The position numbers and the translations under genes are program-made. The notes beneath the pieces are model-generated. The model was not told the origin of the DNA, made no database searches, and saw only the letters and a list, made by a program, of their open reading frames with translations. A DNA stretch of 64,000 nucleotides from NCBI GenBank assembly GCA_000091205.1, contig AP006495.2; one strand, written 5' to 3'. Below, piece by piece: positions 10,669 through 23,139 of this stretch; the first letter of the stretch is position 1; every line of letters starts with the position of its first letter. This DNA comes from Cyanidioschyzon merolae (taxonomy: Eukaryota).

Positions 10669-11706
10669 TCAAATCGCCGGTGAGCGATTATCTTGGTCAG
10701 GGTTTTGATGGATGAGGCCCAAGTTTCGCTGAACTTGCTTGCTCTTTTCGCTGACGCGGAAGCCGAAGATGCGCGGAACGTACCGACAGGGGTTCCTTTC
10801 CGGGACAAGCTCTGGATAGGTCTGCAGGAACAGGTGCGGGAATGTTGTTCCCCAGAAAGCCCCGTCAAGGTGACTATGCGCAGCGCTTCTTGGGACATAG
10901 ATATCCCAGCACTTGGGGCAGAAAAGTTTCACAACTGCAGTGCGCGGAAGATCGCTTTGTCCCACGGGTAGCACCGGTTGGCCGTTGCAGAATACACGCG
11001 GACATCGACCGAAATCGACATTGTTGTACTTCTCCAGCATATCGTGCAGCCCTCGGTTCGTCAGAATATACCTTGCATGAATGAGGCCGTATAGAAATTC
11101 TGCGTTCATCTCGATGATCTCTCGTTGTCGCTCATCGATACCGGGATCTGGCAATTCTATGTCAAGGATTGTGTCAAGCGCGTATTCATAGTATGATACC
11201 AAGGAAGACAAACCCGTGAGGTTGAAGTCGTCCTGGATGAACTCTTCATCGACTTCGCAGAAAAACTCGTTTCCACTCAGTGAGCAAAACCATGAGATCC
11301 ACGAGAGATCTTCCTCTGTGTCATCTCCCTCGGCTTCAGAATCTATTCCGGAGGAGTAAATCGAGTCCCCTCGTTGTGTCGCAGAGCGCCCATCTGCCCT
11401 TTCAGAGTTCCCCGGCTCTGGCCCTCTAGAGACCCTCTGCTCTGGCTGACGTGCCATAGCGGCTTCAGGCGAGGTAGCATCCAACCCCATTGCAACCTCG
11501 CCGTTCCTGCTATGCCACGACATTGAGAGCGGCTCGTCAGGGACAGTAAAGCTCTGCTCGCCTCCACTGTCTCCTGATGGTGCTCTTGTTCCCAAATCTG
11601 GAACGCAGTCGTTCATCCAGCTGGACGTGCCCCACTGTTGTCTAGGAGTGCGGGGCATAGTCTGATGCGTATTCGTCAACGGCGCTTGCTGTAGTAGGTC
11701 GTCCAC
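10669..11706 (-). CDS. CK2B: Casein kinase II regulatory (beta) subunit with ~120-aa N-terminal and a Pro-rich C-terminal extension
   Basis: '[32 protein letters not shown]...[23 protein letters not shown]...[21 protein letters not shown]...[14 protein letters not shown]' is the canonical CK2 beta zinc-finger core. Confidence 0.9.
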   Translation of the reverse strand: MDDLLQQAPLTNTHQTMPRTPRQQWGTSSWMNDCVPDLGTRAPSGDSGGEQSFTVPDEPLSMSWHSRNGEVAMGLDATSPEAAMARQPEQRVSRGPEPGNSERADGRSATQRGDSIYSSGIDSEAEGDDTEEDLSWISWFCSLSGNEFFCEVDEEFIQDDFNLTGLSSLVSYYEYALDTILDIELPDPGIDERQREIIEMNAEFLYGLIHARYILTNRGLHDMLEKYNNVDFGRCPRVFCNGQPVLPVGQSDLPRTAVVKLFCPKCWDIYVPRSAAHSHLDGAFWGTTFPHLFLQTYPELVPERNPCRYVPRIFGFRVSEKSKQVQRNLGLIHQNPDQDNRSPAI

Positions 11707-13978
11707 AGTGCCAGCGACGCTCGTGCCCAGAACTTGACGTTGGGGCAGGCCGTTCGCTGCTCACGAAAACTCTGCTTCAAGCCCGTTCCGGGAACTACCC
11801 TTGCACAGCAAAACTACTCAAGCCCTTTTGCTTCCTTACAAAGCGTTGAACTCTAAGGAACGCTTCCTGCAGGTCCGGCGTGAGAAGTCGAGTCGCGGGC
11901 GTAGATCGCTTCCCAACAGCGACCGCGGGCTGTAGGCGTGCAGGCGTAACCGTCACAAGCGATCAACGGTTACTCCAACAAGTCCCGCGCTTTTGGTTGT
12001 TGAACGCCACGCGGGGGAGGTTTTATTCGTAGTCAGCAAAACACCTGAAGAAGGGCTGAACCCAAGCGTGCACCGCTCGCGTGAAAAGGCAAAAGGCGGG
12101 GGGCGTACTTTCTCTGCTCTTCGTTGACAGTACCCAAGCCCTATGCTGCGTGGATGCCGCTGCTGGGCACGGAAGATTCCCTAAAGGCTTCCAGGGAATT
12201 CCATTAAATGCGGCCGCGGCCTTGATGAAATGTATTGTGTGCGTGCGTGTGTCTGGGTGGCGGAGGCATCCCCGCTGGCTGGGCTGCGATCGAAAGGCTC
12301 GTCACAAAGATCCAGATAAACTCGGACGGGACAGTATGCGAACACGGTAGTATGCAATAGAGATTGTTTCACTTCAAAATGCCATCAACTCCCGAGTTGC
12401 AGTGTTTTGATGTAGGTGCTTTCTTTTCCTCGCTCTCATATCCAACATGATATACGCTGATGGCTCTCTTCCAGTTACGCTGCCAGCATTGGAAGGATAT
12501 TAATGACGTGACCAAGTCGCAATAAAGCTGCATCCTGCTGTTGATGTCGGATTCCATGCACGGGTGGAGGATGCGATACACGAGGCTTCTTTGTATCCAG
12601 TGTCTGCGCTCCCTTCGCAGCGGGAACACTTTGCTTTGATCCAGTGTTTCCATGCATCCACCAAACCTCTTTCCTTTCCGAGGGCTATCCTTTGCTGCTC
12701 AAAAGCTGGCCTCATTGCTTCGCACGTGCTCGTGATGGATACAGGAGGCTCAAGTTGGTGCCCTCCTTCCGTTCCGCGCGCGGTGCTTTAGCCTACGATT
12801 ACGGGCTCCCTCTAAACGGTCGCCTCGGCGGGTACTACGTCTGATGCATGCGCGCAAGCGCACGCGGTTCCGTTCTGTGACTCACCCGCTGCTTCCCTCC
12901 ACGGCCCAAATGACGTTCCCAGGATGCCAAAGACATGAAGGAGAAAGCCTGGAGTTTATAAGATGACTCAATTTCTATCGCACAGTGTACTCCGCACACA
13001 AGATAATTTGAGGTGCGCGATGTTGTCCGTATTCAAAAAACGCCGAAAGGGAAATTCGGGTTGAAGACGACTTCAAGAGACTTCGATATATCTAAGTTCT
13101 CTTCGAGCGTAGCAGCGACGGATTCCCCTCTGGGAGCGGTCACAGCGATGATTACTCTCCGAATCCGATACCCTGTTGCATGGAGACACTAGAATCAGGA
13201 GCCTCTGGGAGCAAGTCCGTGAGCAGCAACTTGCTGATTTCCAACCATATTTCTTGGACGTCTACAAAAGAGAAAAATTTATGTTTCAAAAGGAATCGAG
13301 TATTTTTGACGTAACGAGTTCAAGGAACTTTAGATATGGGCATATGAGCCAGCCGTCAAGTGACGAGGTCGAACGATTTTTCGTCGCCCGTCGACCGCGC
13401 GCAGCGGCGCACATACGTACGCGCCCTCCATGGAACGACGCAGTGCGTCTCCGGTTAAGCGACATCGGTGCTGCGCAGGCGCTGCACCGCGTCAACAGCT
13501 TCGCTTTGGAACGCCGACGAAGGGTTTGAATTGAACCGCTCTGAAAGTTCCACTGAGCTTCTGTAACTGGAGGGAGCTATGGGCGGGGTGCACAACGGCG
13601 AACACTGGAGCTTTCCACCGCAGCCGAGTCTGCGGCAACGACGCCTCGTCTGGGCCTTCGGCACCGGCATGTGGCTCTACGTATTTTTCCGAGCACGGGC
13701 TGAGTTGCCGCATTTGCTTGGCTTCCACAAAGAGCTCATAGAAGAAGCTGATGAACACAAACAGAGTAAAAACGTCCAGAAAGAAGGCGACGCAGTGGAG
13801 CCGGCCGCCTGACAACAGTGCCGTAGGTGTAGTGGACGTATGTGCCGGCGCTGGTGCCTCTTCTGGATCTTGGCGTCAATCGGTTCGGCAAAGAAGCTTC
13901 ATTAGAACTGAGAGGTCCTTGATCCAGCTCCAGTGCGCACGTGAAAGCGCTTCCAAGTGGTGAACCAAAAGCGGGACG

Positions 13979-15682
13979 TTGTCGCAGAGCGGAGGCAACG
14001 GCCCCCAGGCACAGAGAGGAGCGGCTAGGCTCCGAATCGCGCATCCGTCGGGAACACCAAGGCACTGGCTGCGGCTGAGCGCTTGTGCAGCTACGCCGGT
14101 GTGTATGTGGCAGGGGGGCTCTGCTCTGCCACGTTTCCCGCGACTCTGGAGCTTTAACTGGAGGAGTTCGGGGCAATTTGTAGGTAAGAGAGATTGGACG
14201 CAACGCCTACAGTCGTTTCAGCCCGGACGTGTGGTCGGAAAAGCGGTACTGCGCACGGTGCTGCGCTGGAAAAGCGGCCGAGTCTCTCTCGCACAGAGCC
14301 GCGTACTTGGCCAAAACCACCTGGTCATGTTGTCGGAAAACGCTTCCTTAAAAAATGCTTCTGGAGACGGGTATCATCCGAACTATTTATCGTTCCCGCC
14401 TTTGAGTTTTCATCGGGAGCGGGCGCTTTCGAAGAGCGGTACGCACGCTTTGCAGACGCCGACGTCGACACCGTTTTCTCGAAAAATCTGGGTACTGCCG
14501 AGCGATTGGCGCCTCGGACACCTCGTACGAATACGACCTGATCCTCTGAACGGGACAGAGCTCGTAGCACTGGATGTGTTCTCGGATGAGGAACAGCTTG
14601 AGCGCCTTGTGCGTCGCGGCGTCTACGTCGGGTTCTTAGGAACAATGGACGACGAAATGTTGAGAAAGCTCTTTCCTTGCCTGGTGAAGCGAGGGTCCAG
14701 CGCTCAGCACTGTTTATCGACGGGGGACACCACGTTCCATGAACTGTTCGTAGCAGATGTGCACGATCACCTCGCTGCTGAGCGTGCACCGACTGCGGCC
14801 GAGCGTTCAGGAGAGCGGGGCACCGGCGCCTTGGGTGCCCACGGTGTGGCAGTGAGGACCCTGCGCGCGCTGCTCGAGGTAGCTGCCGACTCTGAGAACC
14901 GATTGGCCGCGGATCAATTGGAAAAACTGGGTATAGACACAGAGGATCTCGCCATGATTGCTCTCCGGGATCGCTCCGTAAGCGTTACAGATGCGCAGGC
15001 TGCCCTGCTGGCGCAAGCAAGAATCCTTACCGACTGGTATCATCGTAATCGCTTTTGTACCTCTTGCGGAAACCGTCTTTGTGCGCCAGCGATCACATCG
15101 AGCACCCGCATCGGCCGTCTGCTTCAATGCAGCGCCTGCGAGCATTCCGTCTACCCGCGCATCGATCCTGTGGTGATTGTGCTCGTTGTGGCCTCGCAGA
15201 GCGTAGACCATTCGAAACCAGAACATGCAATGTGCTTGCTCGGTCGCAAGCACCAGTGGCAACCGGGACGCTACTCTTGTATTGCCGGATTCGTCGAAGC
15301 CGGTGAAACGCTTGAGGAGGCGGTTGTGCGCGAGGTGGCCGAGGAGACGGGCATCCTGCTCCGGCCAGAGGCAGTGCGCTATGCAAGCTCACAGACGTGG
15401 CCGTTCCCATCACAACTGATGCTTGGTTTCTATGCTTCGGTGCCGCGTGATGAGGTGCTGCCTCAACCGCGGCCATCTGATGGAGAACTAGAGTCGGTGG
15501 CGTGGTTCTCTGCAGGTCAAGTGCGCGCGATGCTTGCGCCCGAGGCCAGGCCGCCGGCGCCGCACCTACCGCCCCGCGAAGCAATCGCTCACCGACTCAT
15601 TGTCGACTGGCTGCAGAGCCTCGAGAGCGGCGCTCATCAGGAGCGATTAGAAAGCGTCGATCGGACCCCGAAGGAAATTTGA
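13979..15682 (+). CDS. NADH pyrophosphatase-type Nudix hydrolase (NudC/NUDT12/13-like). The N-terminal ~250 aa of the ORF may be upstream read-through.
   Basis: Zinc ribbon 'CTSCGNRLC...CSACEHSVYPRIDPVVIVLV'. Nudix box 'GFVEAGETLEEAVVREVAEETGI' fits Gx5Ex7REVxEExGI. Confidence 0.75.
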   Translation: MSQSGGNGPQAQRGAARLRIAHPSGTPRHWLRLSACAATPVCMWQGGSALPRFPRLWSFNWRSSGQFVGKRDWTQRLQSFQPGRVVGKAVLRTVLRWKSGRVSLAQSRVLGQNHLVMLSENASLKNASGDGYHPNYLSFPPLSFHRERALSKSGTHALQTPTSTPFSRKIWVLPSDWRLGHLVRIRPDPLNGTELVALDVFSDEEQLERLVRRGVYVGFLGTMDDEMLRKLFPCLVKRGSSAQHCLSTGDTTFHELFVADVHDHLAAERAPTAAERSGERGTGALGAHGVAVRTLRALLEVAADSENRLAADQLEKLGIDTEDLAMIALRDRSVSVTDAQAALLAQARILTDWYHRNRFCTSCGNRLCAPAITSSTRIGRLLQCSACEHSVYPRIDPVVIVLVVASQSVDHSKPEHAMCLLGRKHQWQPGRYSCIAGFVEAGETLEEAVVREVAEETGILLRPEAVRYASSQTWPFPSQLMLGFYASVPRDEVLPQPRPSDGELESVAWFSAGQVRAMLAPEARPPAPHLPPREAIAHRLIVDWLQSLESGAHQERLESVDRTPKEI

Positions 15683-16751
15683 TTTTCTTTGACGAGACTG
15701 GTAGATCCATAAGTCTGGCGATCCATCCATGAATGCGCGATAGATATCGGCATCCAAGCACTAGGTTACGAGTCCGCTCCAGACCGTGGGCGCTGCATGG
15801 ATCGCATGCACCGTACGTTTCGTTGGATATCATGGTTTTTTCAAGCGATCCTCCGGATGCCGAGTGTGATGTGTGCACCTATAAGGGCGCTAGGAGGCAC
15901 ATGATGCCGCCCGTGTGGCAGCATACTCGCAGCAGTCACATTTGCAAGAGCATGTTCTTGAGCGTGAACGCGGTCTGTAACGCCGTGTACAAGCGTACGT
16001 TTGTGCATTCGATACAAGCTTCTTTTGAGCTTGTGTCCGAAAATCTGCTGCTCGTTGCAACCCGATACGGGATGATTCGTTTTTTTTCGCATTCGGTATA
16101 CGTTTTTTCCAAGCATGCGCCCGATATTCGGCAGACTATGTCGCCCCCTGGGGCAGAAAGCGGAACGCTCGTGAGGTATCGGCAGAGCTCTGCTACCGTG
16201 AAGCCGCCATCGCTCACTGGAGCGCGTCTACCCTCTTCTAGGAGGGCGCGCTCCAGTGACCCAGCTGATGATCTGATTTGCTTTATCTAAAAAGCACCTA
16301 CATTTGAAGATCCAGCTTCCTTCAATTCCAACAACACCATACACCGCACATTCAGGCGCACGAGCTGCGGCCAACAGCCTCGTGCATCTCATTTAACCAA
16401 TTGACCATGGAATTCTTTTCCCGAGTCAGATGGATGCATCAAGCCAGATGCAATCGCGTACGCAATTGCCGTGGAGAAACAGTGAAGCGCTCACGATACT
16501 CTCTGTTGCCCCCGTTCCTTCCACATGCTCCAGGCCTGTCTACCGGTGGGATTTAGAGCCTAGATCGATCTAGTACAGCCATCCATATGCCGAGCCAAAC
16601 GGTTTGCCTCATCATTTTTCAAAGCTATGACATCATCTGCTGGATGTCATCAAGGAGCCGGCGAGCATGCTTCGCCTCCAGCGGCCTCTTGACGGCAAAA
16701 TGCGCCGCTGTGCCGGATACGTGCTGCGTGCTAGAAATCGCCGACATTTCA

Positions 16752-17015
16752 GCACTTTTTCAGCGTCTATGGAGGAGGTGTCCGGTACCTAATGGATACG
16801 GGACCGCTACAACGCTGAAGCAGCGTTTCAGCGTCTATGGAGGAAGTGTCCGGTACCTAATGGATACGGGACCGCTACAACGCTGAAGCAGCGTTTCAGC
16901 GTCTGTGGAGGAGGTGTCCGGTACCTAATGGATACAGGACCCCTACAACGCTGAAGCAGCGTTTCAGCGTCTATGGAGGAAGTGTCCGGTACCTAATGGA
17001 TACAGGATCCCTTCA
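16752..17015. repeat. Minisatellite, about four copies of a 68-69-bp unit
   Basis: The unit 'cagcgtctatggaggaRgtgtccggtacctaatggatacRggacCgctacaacgctgaagcagcgttt' recurs starting at 16760, 16828, 16897 and 16965, with only a few substitutions between copies. Confidence 0.85.
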
Positions 17016-17309
17016 CTGCAGACGTACATGATTGTAGCTTCGCAGACGCGGTACGGCGGCCCGGAGACGGCATGTAACTCGTGGAGTCTATGGAGCGGGA
17101 CGGAGCAGGTTTGTTTAGGGCGCGCTGGAAGTGCGGACGCTCTAGCGTTCCTAGTCTGTTGAGCGCAGGACCCAATCGCCGAGTAACATGCAGCATTTTT
17201 CGATTGAAAAGCTTGCATATGTAGTGGTCGTCAGTGTGCCTTGGCCCATCATGTTTTCATAAGGCGATCAGCCAGGCGCGGGATGCTGAATCCCGCGCCG
17301 AGGTCATTC

Positions 17310-18806
17310 TCAAGCGGAGTCCAGTTGTGCGCGGACCCAATCCATAAAAATACGCGGCGGATAGGGTGTCTCTGAATGGCAGAAACGGTATGTACACTCG
17401 GGATCCGCCGACTCTGTCAACTGCTCCAGAAAGCGGCTGATCTCGCAGTAAATCTGGGTTTTGGTAGGTCGTCCGGAGCTGGTACCTTTCTCGACCGTCC
17501 AGCCTTGCTCAGCGGGATCCCAAATGTTCCGCACATTGTTTGCACTCTTTCCGTGTACCAGCATACTTCTACAACCGATACCGTAATCAGTGCGCCACGG
17601 TCGCCAGTCCGGCGCGTTCCCCATATTCAGAATTCGATCTGTTGCTCGAAACCGATGAAATACCTGGGTGACGTAGCGCCACTCGTCTCGATTCATCGGC
17701 AGGTCATACAGGTATCCTGTAAGGGATACATCATAGCCGCCATATGCAGTACCACTACATCCATCTGCAAAGGGTACACGTGCATTGCGTCGATAACGGC
17801 GCTGCACTCGATTGCGCAGATACTCGACGCGAAACGCCTTGTCTTTTAACGCGTACAAAGCGTTCCCGTTCATATGGTAATCGCGATAATCCATGGGGTT
17901 ATGCGAGATGCTTCCAATCACCCACGTGCCATCTACGGCTGCTATATGAGCAAGATCTTGGATGCCTTCAGACAACCAGCCTGCTTGGACCGGCTGTACG
18001 TCCGGTTCCATGAGCATGAAGTGTGTATAGGGGCCATATTTGGTGTCATTGATTTCCGCGAGGCGTTCCATTATCGAGTAAAACATATCACAAGTGACAT
18101 CGGGATGCACGTCGCTTTCGCGCATATCGATGACGTGCCCCCAGAAATGAATCTGTCGAAAGCAGGACACTTGAGATGCGTTCTGTAGAAGCGGTTGGGC
18201 GGCACCGAGCAAACGCGCCCGAAACCCCTCATCGTGCGCACGATGCTCCGACTCCGACGCGCTGTACACGAATATAAGGTCCACATCAGCGGTCATCAGG
18301 TTTTGCTCGTCATCCCTGCTGCGAAGACAAGGAATAGCGTGCGGCATCTGGATCCAGTCCTGCGTGCGACGTTCAAGCAAGTCAACATGCTTCGTGGAGA
18401 ACGGTCGGACGATAGCCAGATGCACTTGACTTCCCTGAACTCTGAGCCGTCGAGGAGCCGCTGACTTACAGTGCGTGCTGAGGTGCTCCAAAAAATTCCA
18501 GTAGGCGCTGTGCAGACGCACGAGGGCCGCCTCCGGTGCAAATGTTGCGCCCTCACTGAGATGAGCTCGGCTGCGATAAAAACGAACGGTTCCCTGCAGA
18601 CCTAATAAAAAACTCAAAAAAGCAAGAACCATCCAGTACCGGAATCCAAGAAACGAGCACTTCTTGGTCTTTTTCGGCCAGTCTAGTTCCAAGTCGGCTT
18701 GGTAGTGACCATTCAGCGGTTTACGCGTGGCGTCGGCACGTTGCCTGAAGTAGACACGCTCGCTCCAGGGCATCGCTCGGCTCAGTAAAGTTCGTGGAAG
18801 AAACAT
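17310..18806 (-). CDS. Hypothetical type-II membrane protein with a glycosyltransferase-like luminal domain; family not resolved
   Basis: 498-aa ORF. Signal-anchor 'WMVLAFLSFLLGL' near the N-terminus. Motifs 'HFMLMEPDVQPVQAGW' and 'MNGNALYALKD' are reminiscent of nucleotide-sugar transferase folds. Confidence 0.4.
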   Translation of the reverse strand: MFLPRTLLSRAMPWSERVYFRQRADATRKPLNGHYQADLELDWPKKTKKCSFLGFRYWMVLAFLSFLLGLQGTVRFYRSRAHLSEGATFAPEAALVRLHSAYWNFLEHLSTHCKSAAPRRLRVQGSQVHLAIVRPFSTKHVDLLERRTQDWIQMPHAIPCLRSRDDEQNLMTADVDLIFVYSASESEHRAHDEGFRARLLGAAQPLLQNASQVSCFRQIHFWGHVIDMRESDVHPDVTCDMFYSIMERLAEINDTKYGPYTHFMLMEPDVQPVQAGWLSEGIQDLAHIAAVDGTWVIGSISHNPMDYRDYHMNGNALYALKDKAFRVEYLRNRVQRRYRRNARVPFADGCSGTAYGGYDVSLTGYLYDLPMNRDEWRYVTQVFHRFRATDRILNMGNAPDWRPWRTDYGIGCRSMLVHGKSANNVRNIWDPAEQGWTVEKGTSSGRPTKTQIYCEISRFLEQLTESADPECTYRFCHSETPYPPRIFMDWVRAQLDSA

Positions 18807-19927
18807 AAAGCCATCTGCAAGGCCTCCACCCTTACGATGAACAAGTTAACGTCGCAATTGAAACGCTGGGCCACACCAAGTACCCAGCGGTTGCGCTTCA
18901 CACCTGCAGTCGCTCAGAAAGCAAGCACGAGGCATATACCGGCCGCAGTGCGCAGCCACGCTGTCAGCGCCATGCAGCGCGCGCCGGCCTCCATGCACGC
19001 CGTGGTCGCACCGATACCGGGTTTACGTGAGCGCAGCTCAGGAGTAGAAAACGATGCGCAAGCTGCAATTCGATAATAATTTCTTTCGACCTCCTTGTTA
19101 AGCGTTGAAAGAGGGAAAAATTTTCCGTATTGTCGAGCGTTTACCCTCTAGACGAAAGGCCAGCGAGCTGGACGAGTCAGCCGGGCGAGCGCTCCGTGCT
19201 CCCCCGGCGGCGTGTGGTGTGGCGAGACCTGCGCAACTCGTCCGTAAAACGCACTTCATTCTAGGAATAAGGACGGTAAGGCTGCATCTAGGCGTCGCCC
19301 TGGTCCCAATGGTCTCCTAGCATATCGCTTCGCGGTGCCGCGGGCAGTAGGTCTGTCTGTACAGCTTGCAGGCTCACAAAATGATTACGAATCCCGAACC
19401 TATGTCGGATGAACGACGACTCGAGACGACGCCCGCAGTGGTATGCCAAAGCCGATCTGTCTCTGTGATGCATCCGCTCCAGAGGTATCAGCGCTAAAAG
19501 GGGTTTTCACGGCTGACACTCGGCGTACGATAGCATGTACGAAACGACCAGGATATCCGAGAGGAATTCTAAGAAATGGAACTTGAAGGTAGGTGCTTCA
19601 TGATGGACGCTTTTTAGATTACCATTATTCATCCTGCTATCTGGGATCCATGGTCCATGGAAACGTTTTTTCATCAGAAGAAAAAATCTCCTCTTGTAAG
19701 CGCACAGCGCCCGCAGCAGGCGCATCGTGCAACGTCGATCGACGCTATCACGCCAGTCCGCGAGCGTGCGCCGTGAACCTCATCGACAATCTCCTCATGA
19801 AGCCGGTCAGCACGGCGCGCTCGCCGGGATACCTCGTTATACTGAATGAACCTACATGCCCTTGAAAACAACTCACTGGATACGGCTGGCGACGTGCTCG
19901 CCAGCAGCTGTTGCTGCGCGTGCTCTT

Positions 19928-21022
19928 TTATCGCGACTCTGAGGCTTCCTGCTGGTGGCCGGGTATCGATGTCGGCAACAGATGATCAATGCGCACAATA
20001 AGTTCCGAGTCTGTGTATGGAAGCGGCTCAAGTTGCATGGATTTTGCGAGCGCTGGTGGAACAAAACGCCCGCCAAGGTAATGGGCGCGCCCTTGCCAGA
20101 AAGCAGCGCAGCGTTTCGGGGCTGTCAGTGAAACCCAAACGTTCGCCATTACCGCCAGGCTCGAGGCTGGTGCACGCTGATCGCCGCTTGTCGAAGAGCG
20201 CGGGTCGGATGCGGTGCGCTCTGCGGGACGCATGGCCTCTGGCGGACCCCGCTCCACATCCCAGCCAGAGGGGATGTCCACCGCAAGCACCGTTGTCGCC
20301 CGGGGCGATGCGTTCATAAGACGGATCAGCGTGGCGAATGGATCGCGCATCGGTCGATCCGCTCGAAACGAGAAACCGAAAAGGGCATCGATCAGGACGT
20401 CTGCCTCGCAGATCGTCTGCTCATAGGCTGCAGCGTCTACGAAGCGCACACCGTGGCTCATTGCCTGTTTCACGAGGCGTTGGAAATGGGGATGCGATCC
20501 CGGTTTCGGATAAATGGCGAAGACATGTTCGTACCCCAGAATGCATATGTGGCGAGCGGCAACGAGACCGTCACCGCCATTGTTCCCGGGACCGCAGACT
20601 GCGACAATTCGCTGACTGCGTTTAGGATTCTCGCGAGCTGCTGCCAAGGCCACCGCAAGCCCGGCGAGTTCCATGAGCTGCTCTAGGCTGTAGCCGATAG
20701 TTTCTGACATGAGCGCTTCATCGACGCGTTGCGCCTCGGCCTGCGATAGCAAGCGAAGCGTGCTTTGATTAGCGATACTCGACATACAAAGCCAGCGCCC
20801 TGTATTAGACCTTGTAATCCTACGACCCAGATTGAAACGAGAGATTGCCAGTTGTCGAAAGGTCAGACAAGTCGTCAGCGGAGGACGCCAGTGCAAAATG
20901 AACATGAAGACGCTGCCGCCTGAAGCGTTGAGGCGTGCAACGGAGTCCTTTCTTTCTCGGCTTTCACGTTCAGAAGCTAACAGAGACCTCCCGTCCACCA
21001 ACCGCAGCTCTGACGCCCACAA
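19928..21022 (-). CDS. NAXE: NAD(P)H-hydrate epimerase (YjeF_N / NAXE / AIBP family). The conserved domain begins at the internal ATG at 20785; the upstream 79 codons could be a targeting peptide or read-through.
   Basis: 'LMELAGLAVALAAA...RIVAVCGPGNNGGDGLVAARHICILGY' is the YjeF_N signature GxGNNGGDG. The internal ATG at 20783-20785 (minus strand) was checked directly. Confidence 0.8.
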   Translation of the reverse strand: MWASELRLVDGRSLLASERESRERKDSVARLNASGGSVFMFILHWRPPLTTCLTFRQLAISRFNLGRRITRSNTGRWLCMSSIANQSTLRLLSQAEAQRVDEALMSETIGYSLEQLMELAGLAVALAAARENPKRSQRIVAVCGPGNNGGDGLVAARHICILGYEHVFAIYPKPGSHPHFQRLVKQAMSHGVRFVDAAAYEQTICEADVLIDALFGFSFRADRPMRDPFATLIRLMNASPRATTVLAVDIPSGWDVERGPPEAMRPAERTASDPRSSTSGDQRAPASSLAVMANVWVSLTAPKRCAAFWQGRAHYLGGRFVPPALAKSMQLEPLPYTDSELIVRIDHLLPTSIPGHQQEASESR

Positions 21023-23139
21023 GCGCCAAGACTATCACGACGTAAGACCAATATCAACGGGTTTCGCGAGCAGTTAGACCACTGGTCGAGAAGCTCCGCG
21101 ACGACCTTTCGTATATAACGGTGCTGGCTGGGCAGCGGTCTCGAGTGCCGGTACCTACGCGTTTCACGCCAAACAGTGACGTGGTAGAGTCTAGGAAACA
21201 CTGCTTTCAAACAGAAGATGCAATTGGAAAACGGAACGTGCGCTTGCGGACGTCGTGCTCGAAGACGCTCGCAGACTTTCGGTGTGTGGTCGTATCGTTC
21301 GTTGTACAGGTGCGCGCTGCGGTCGGTGACCTCGGACGCGAAGCGCAGTGCCCCGGAGCGGGAGCCAAAGCGACCTCTGTGAAGGTCCATGCATCGCAGG
21401 GTGCGCGCACGGCATGGAGTTGTATGAGAACAAAGCCCAAGCCTCGTCTAGGCGCTGGTATGGTTGAATATGTACACGATGCGTTACTCGACGTTCGCTC
21501 GGCGAACAGTCTTGCAGAGAGCGTGCTTCTCAGGTTGCCCAGCGCTCTCGATGCACAACGCGCTGGTAAAAGGTTTTCACGGAGAACAGATAAACAGGCG
21601 ATTTTGAACGCTGTTGCCATTGTGAAAGGTGTAAAAACGCTTTATATGACAGACTCATTCCGGATGCATGGTCGCTATCGGTAGCAGGTGAAGACACTGC
21701 CGCTTCTGTTTGAACCGTACCAGGCTCTGTGAGCTCCAGTTTTGTTCTCTCGTCGTGCATGGGGCATCGACGGATGCGGCGACCCTGCGGCTGCCGAGGA
21801 TGCGTCCGCGTCGATGCAGCTGTGATTGAAAGTCGTCGCAGCCGGTGATCGCTTGTGGAAGGCACACTATGGACGCTGGACCAGGCGAGCGGATACGGTC
21901 TGCACTCGAAACCGCTACCATGGTTTCTGCAGCTCGCGAGAAGGACCCGCTGAGCTTCCTCCATGGATGAATCATTTGCGACCGCTTAAAGCTGTTCTGC
22001 TTGTAAGATACGTACAACATGAATCGTGGCATGCGTCAACGAGGCCGTTGGGGTGTCGCTCACGGAACGTGCTCCAGAGGAGAGCAAGAGGCATCCTGCT
22101 CGAGCACAATTTTGAGCGAAGAATGCGTGCTGGCTCGGCGCCTGTCTTGCGTGCCCCAGAAGCTACCTCCAGAGTGTTGCCGGCCCCCTGATAGAGTAGG
22201 ACGAGCAAGTCAAACAGAACGATGACAAGCACGTGTTGTACCCGTCTTGATTTCTGCGACCCGAGAGATATCCAGGGTCTTGTAAGATGTAGGCAGAGCA
22301 TGGCTCCCTGACTCGATTGCAACTGAAGCATTCGGCATGCGCAACGCGCGCTTGCCCAACGCGGGCGCGAAAGCGTCCGAGCAGGGCGCGATGCTGCCAG
22401 TACAGGGCTCGCGCATTCCACATATCCTCTCGATGTGCTGCGTCCTGCATTCTGCGCTCCGCGTACACATCTCTTGCGCGCTGACGAATGAGGCTGTGAT
22501 CAGCATTCCCAATGAGACTCAGCACATCCCAGCGCACGAGCCGGCTCCACGCTACAGTCCCCAGCAGATCGACCCGAGCGCAGGCAGCTGACAATCGATC
22601 CGCAGTGCCACTCGAATCGATGATGCGATGATCGAGCGAAGCAGGTTATATTCAGGATTCAAGCCCTCTTCTGAAGAATGCGCCACCGCAAGCGCCTCCG
22701 AAGCACCCGGCATCCCGCGTGCTGCTGGATCGGATCGGTCCAGCCTCTATTCGCCACCGAAACACACTGATTAGGGATCAGTAAGGCACTGACGCCTCTT
22801 CATGGACAAGATGATCGCTACCGCTGGTACTGTGCACTTGAACGCACCTCGCCAGAGGCGTCGATCGAACGCACCAGCATACGCGATGCTGCCTCGCCTC
22901 TGTCGCCGCCCCTGCATGCGCGTCTGGATCTCATCGGGGCGCATTTGGGGGGCGCAGCGCGCACGCGCACGCAACCCGCGAATCTGCGCTGGTGCCGCAA
23001 CAGCCACAGCAGCAGCACACGAAGAAGAAGCAGCGATTCACGCGCGCTGGATTTTGGAGCGTCACCTATTGACCCGTGCCCTGGTTTCGCTGTGCGTTCG
23101 CCATTATCCAACATTCTCCTTTGAACGTTCTAGCTCAAT

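Noticed and set aside
13176-13529. 117-aa ORF in the CK2B / Nudix divergent spacer; also 53020..53670 (-, 216 aa) in the Nab2 / PPK1 spacer
   Set aside because: No homology signal or domain motif recognisable by eye. They lie in otherwise ORF-poor spacers. Possibly small lineage-specific genes, but the evidence is insufficient.
16752-17015. CRISPR-like array?
   Set aside because: The units are directly contiguous with no unique spacers. Unit lengths of 68-79 bp are atypical. There are no cas genes. The sequence context is eukaryotic.
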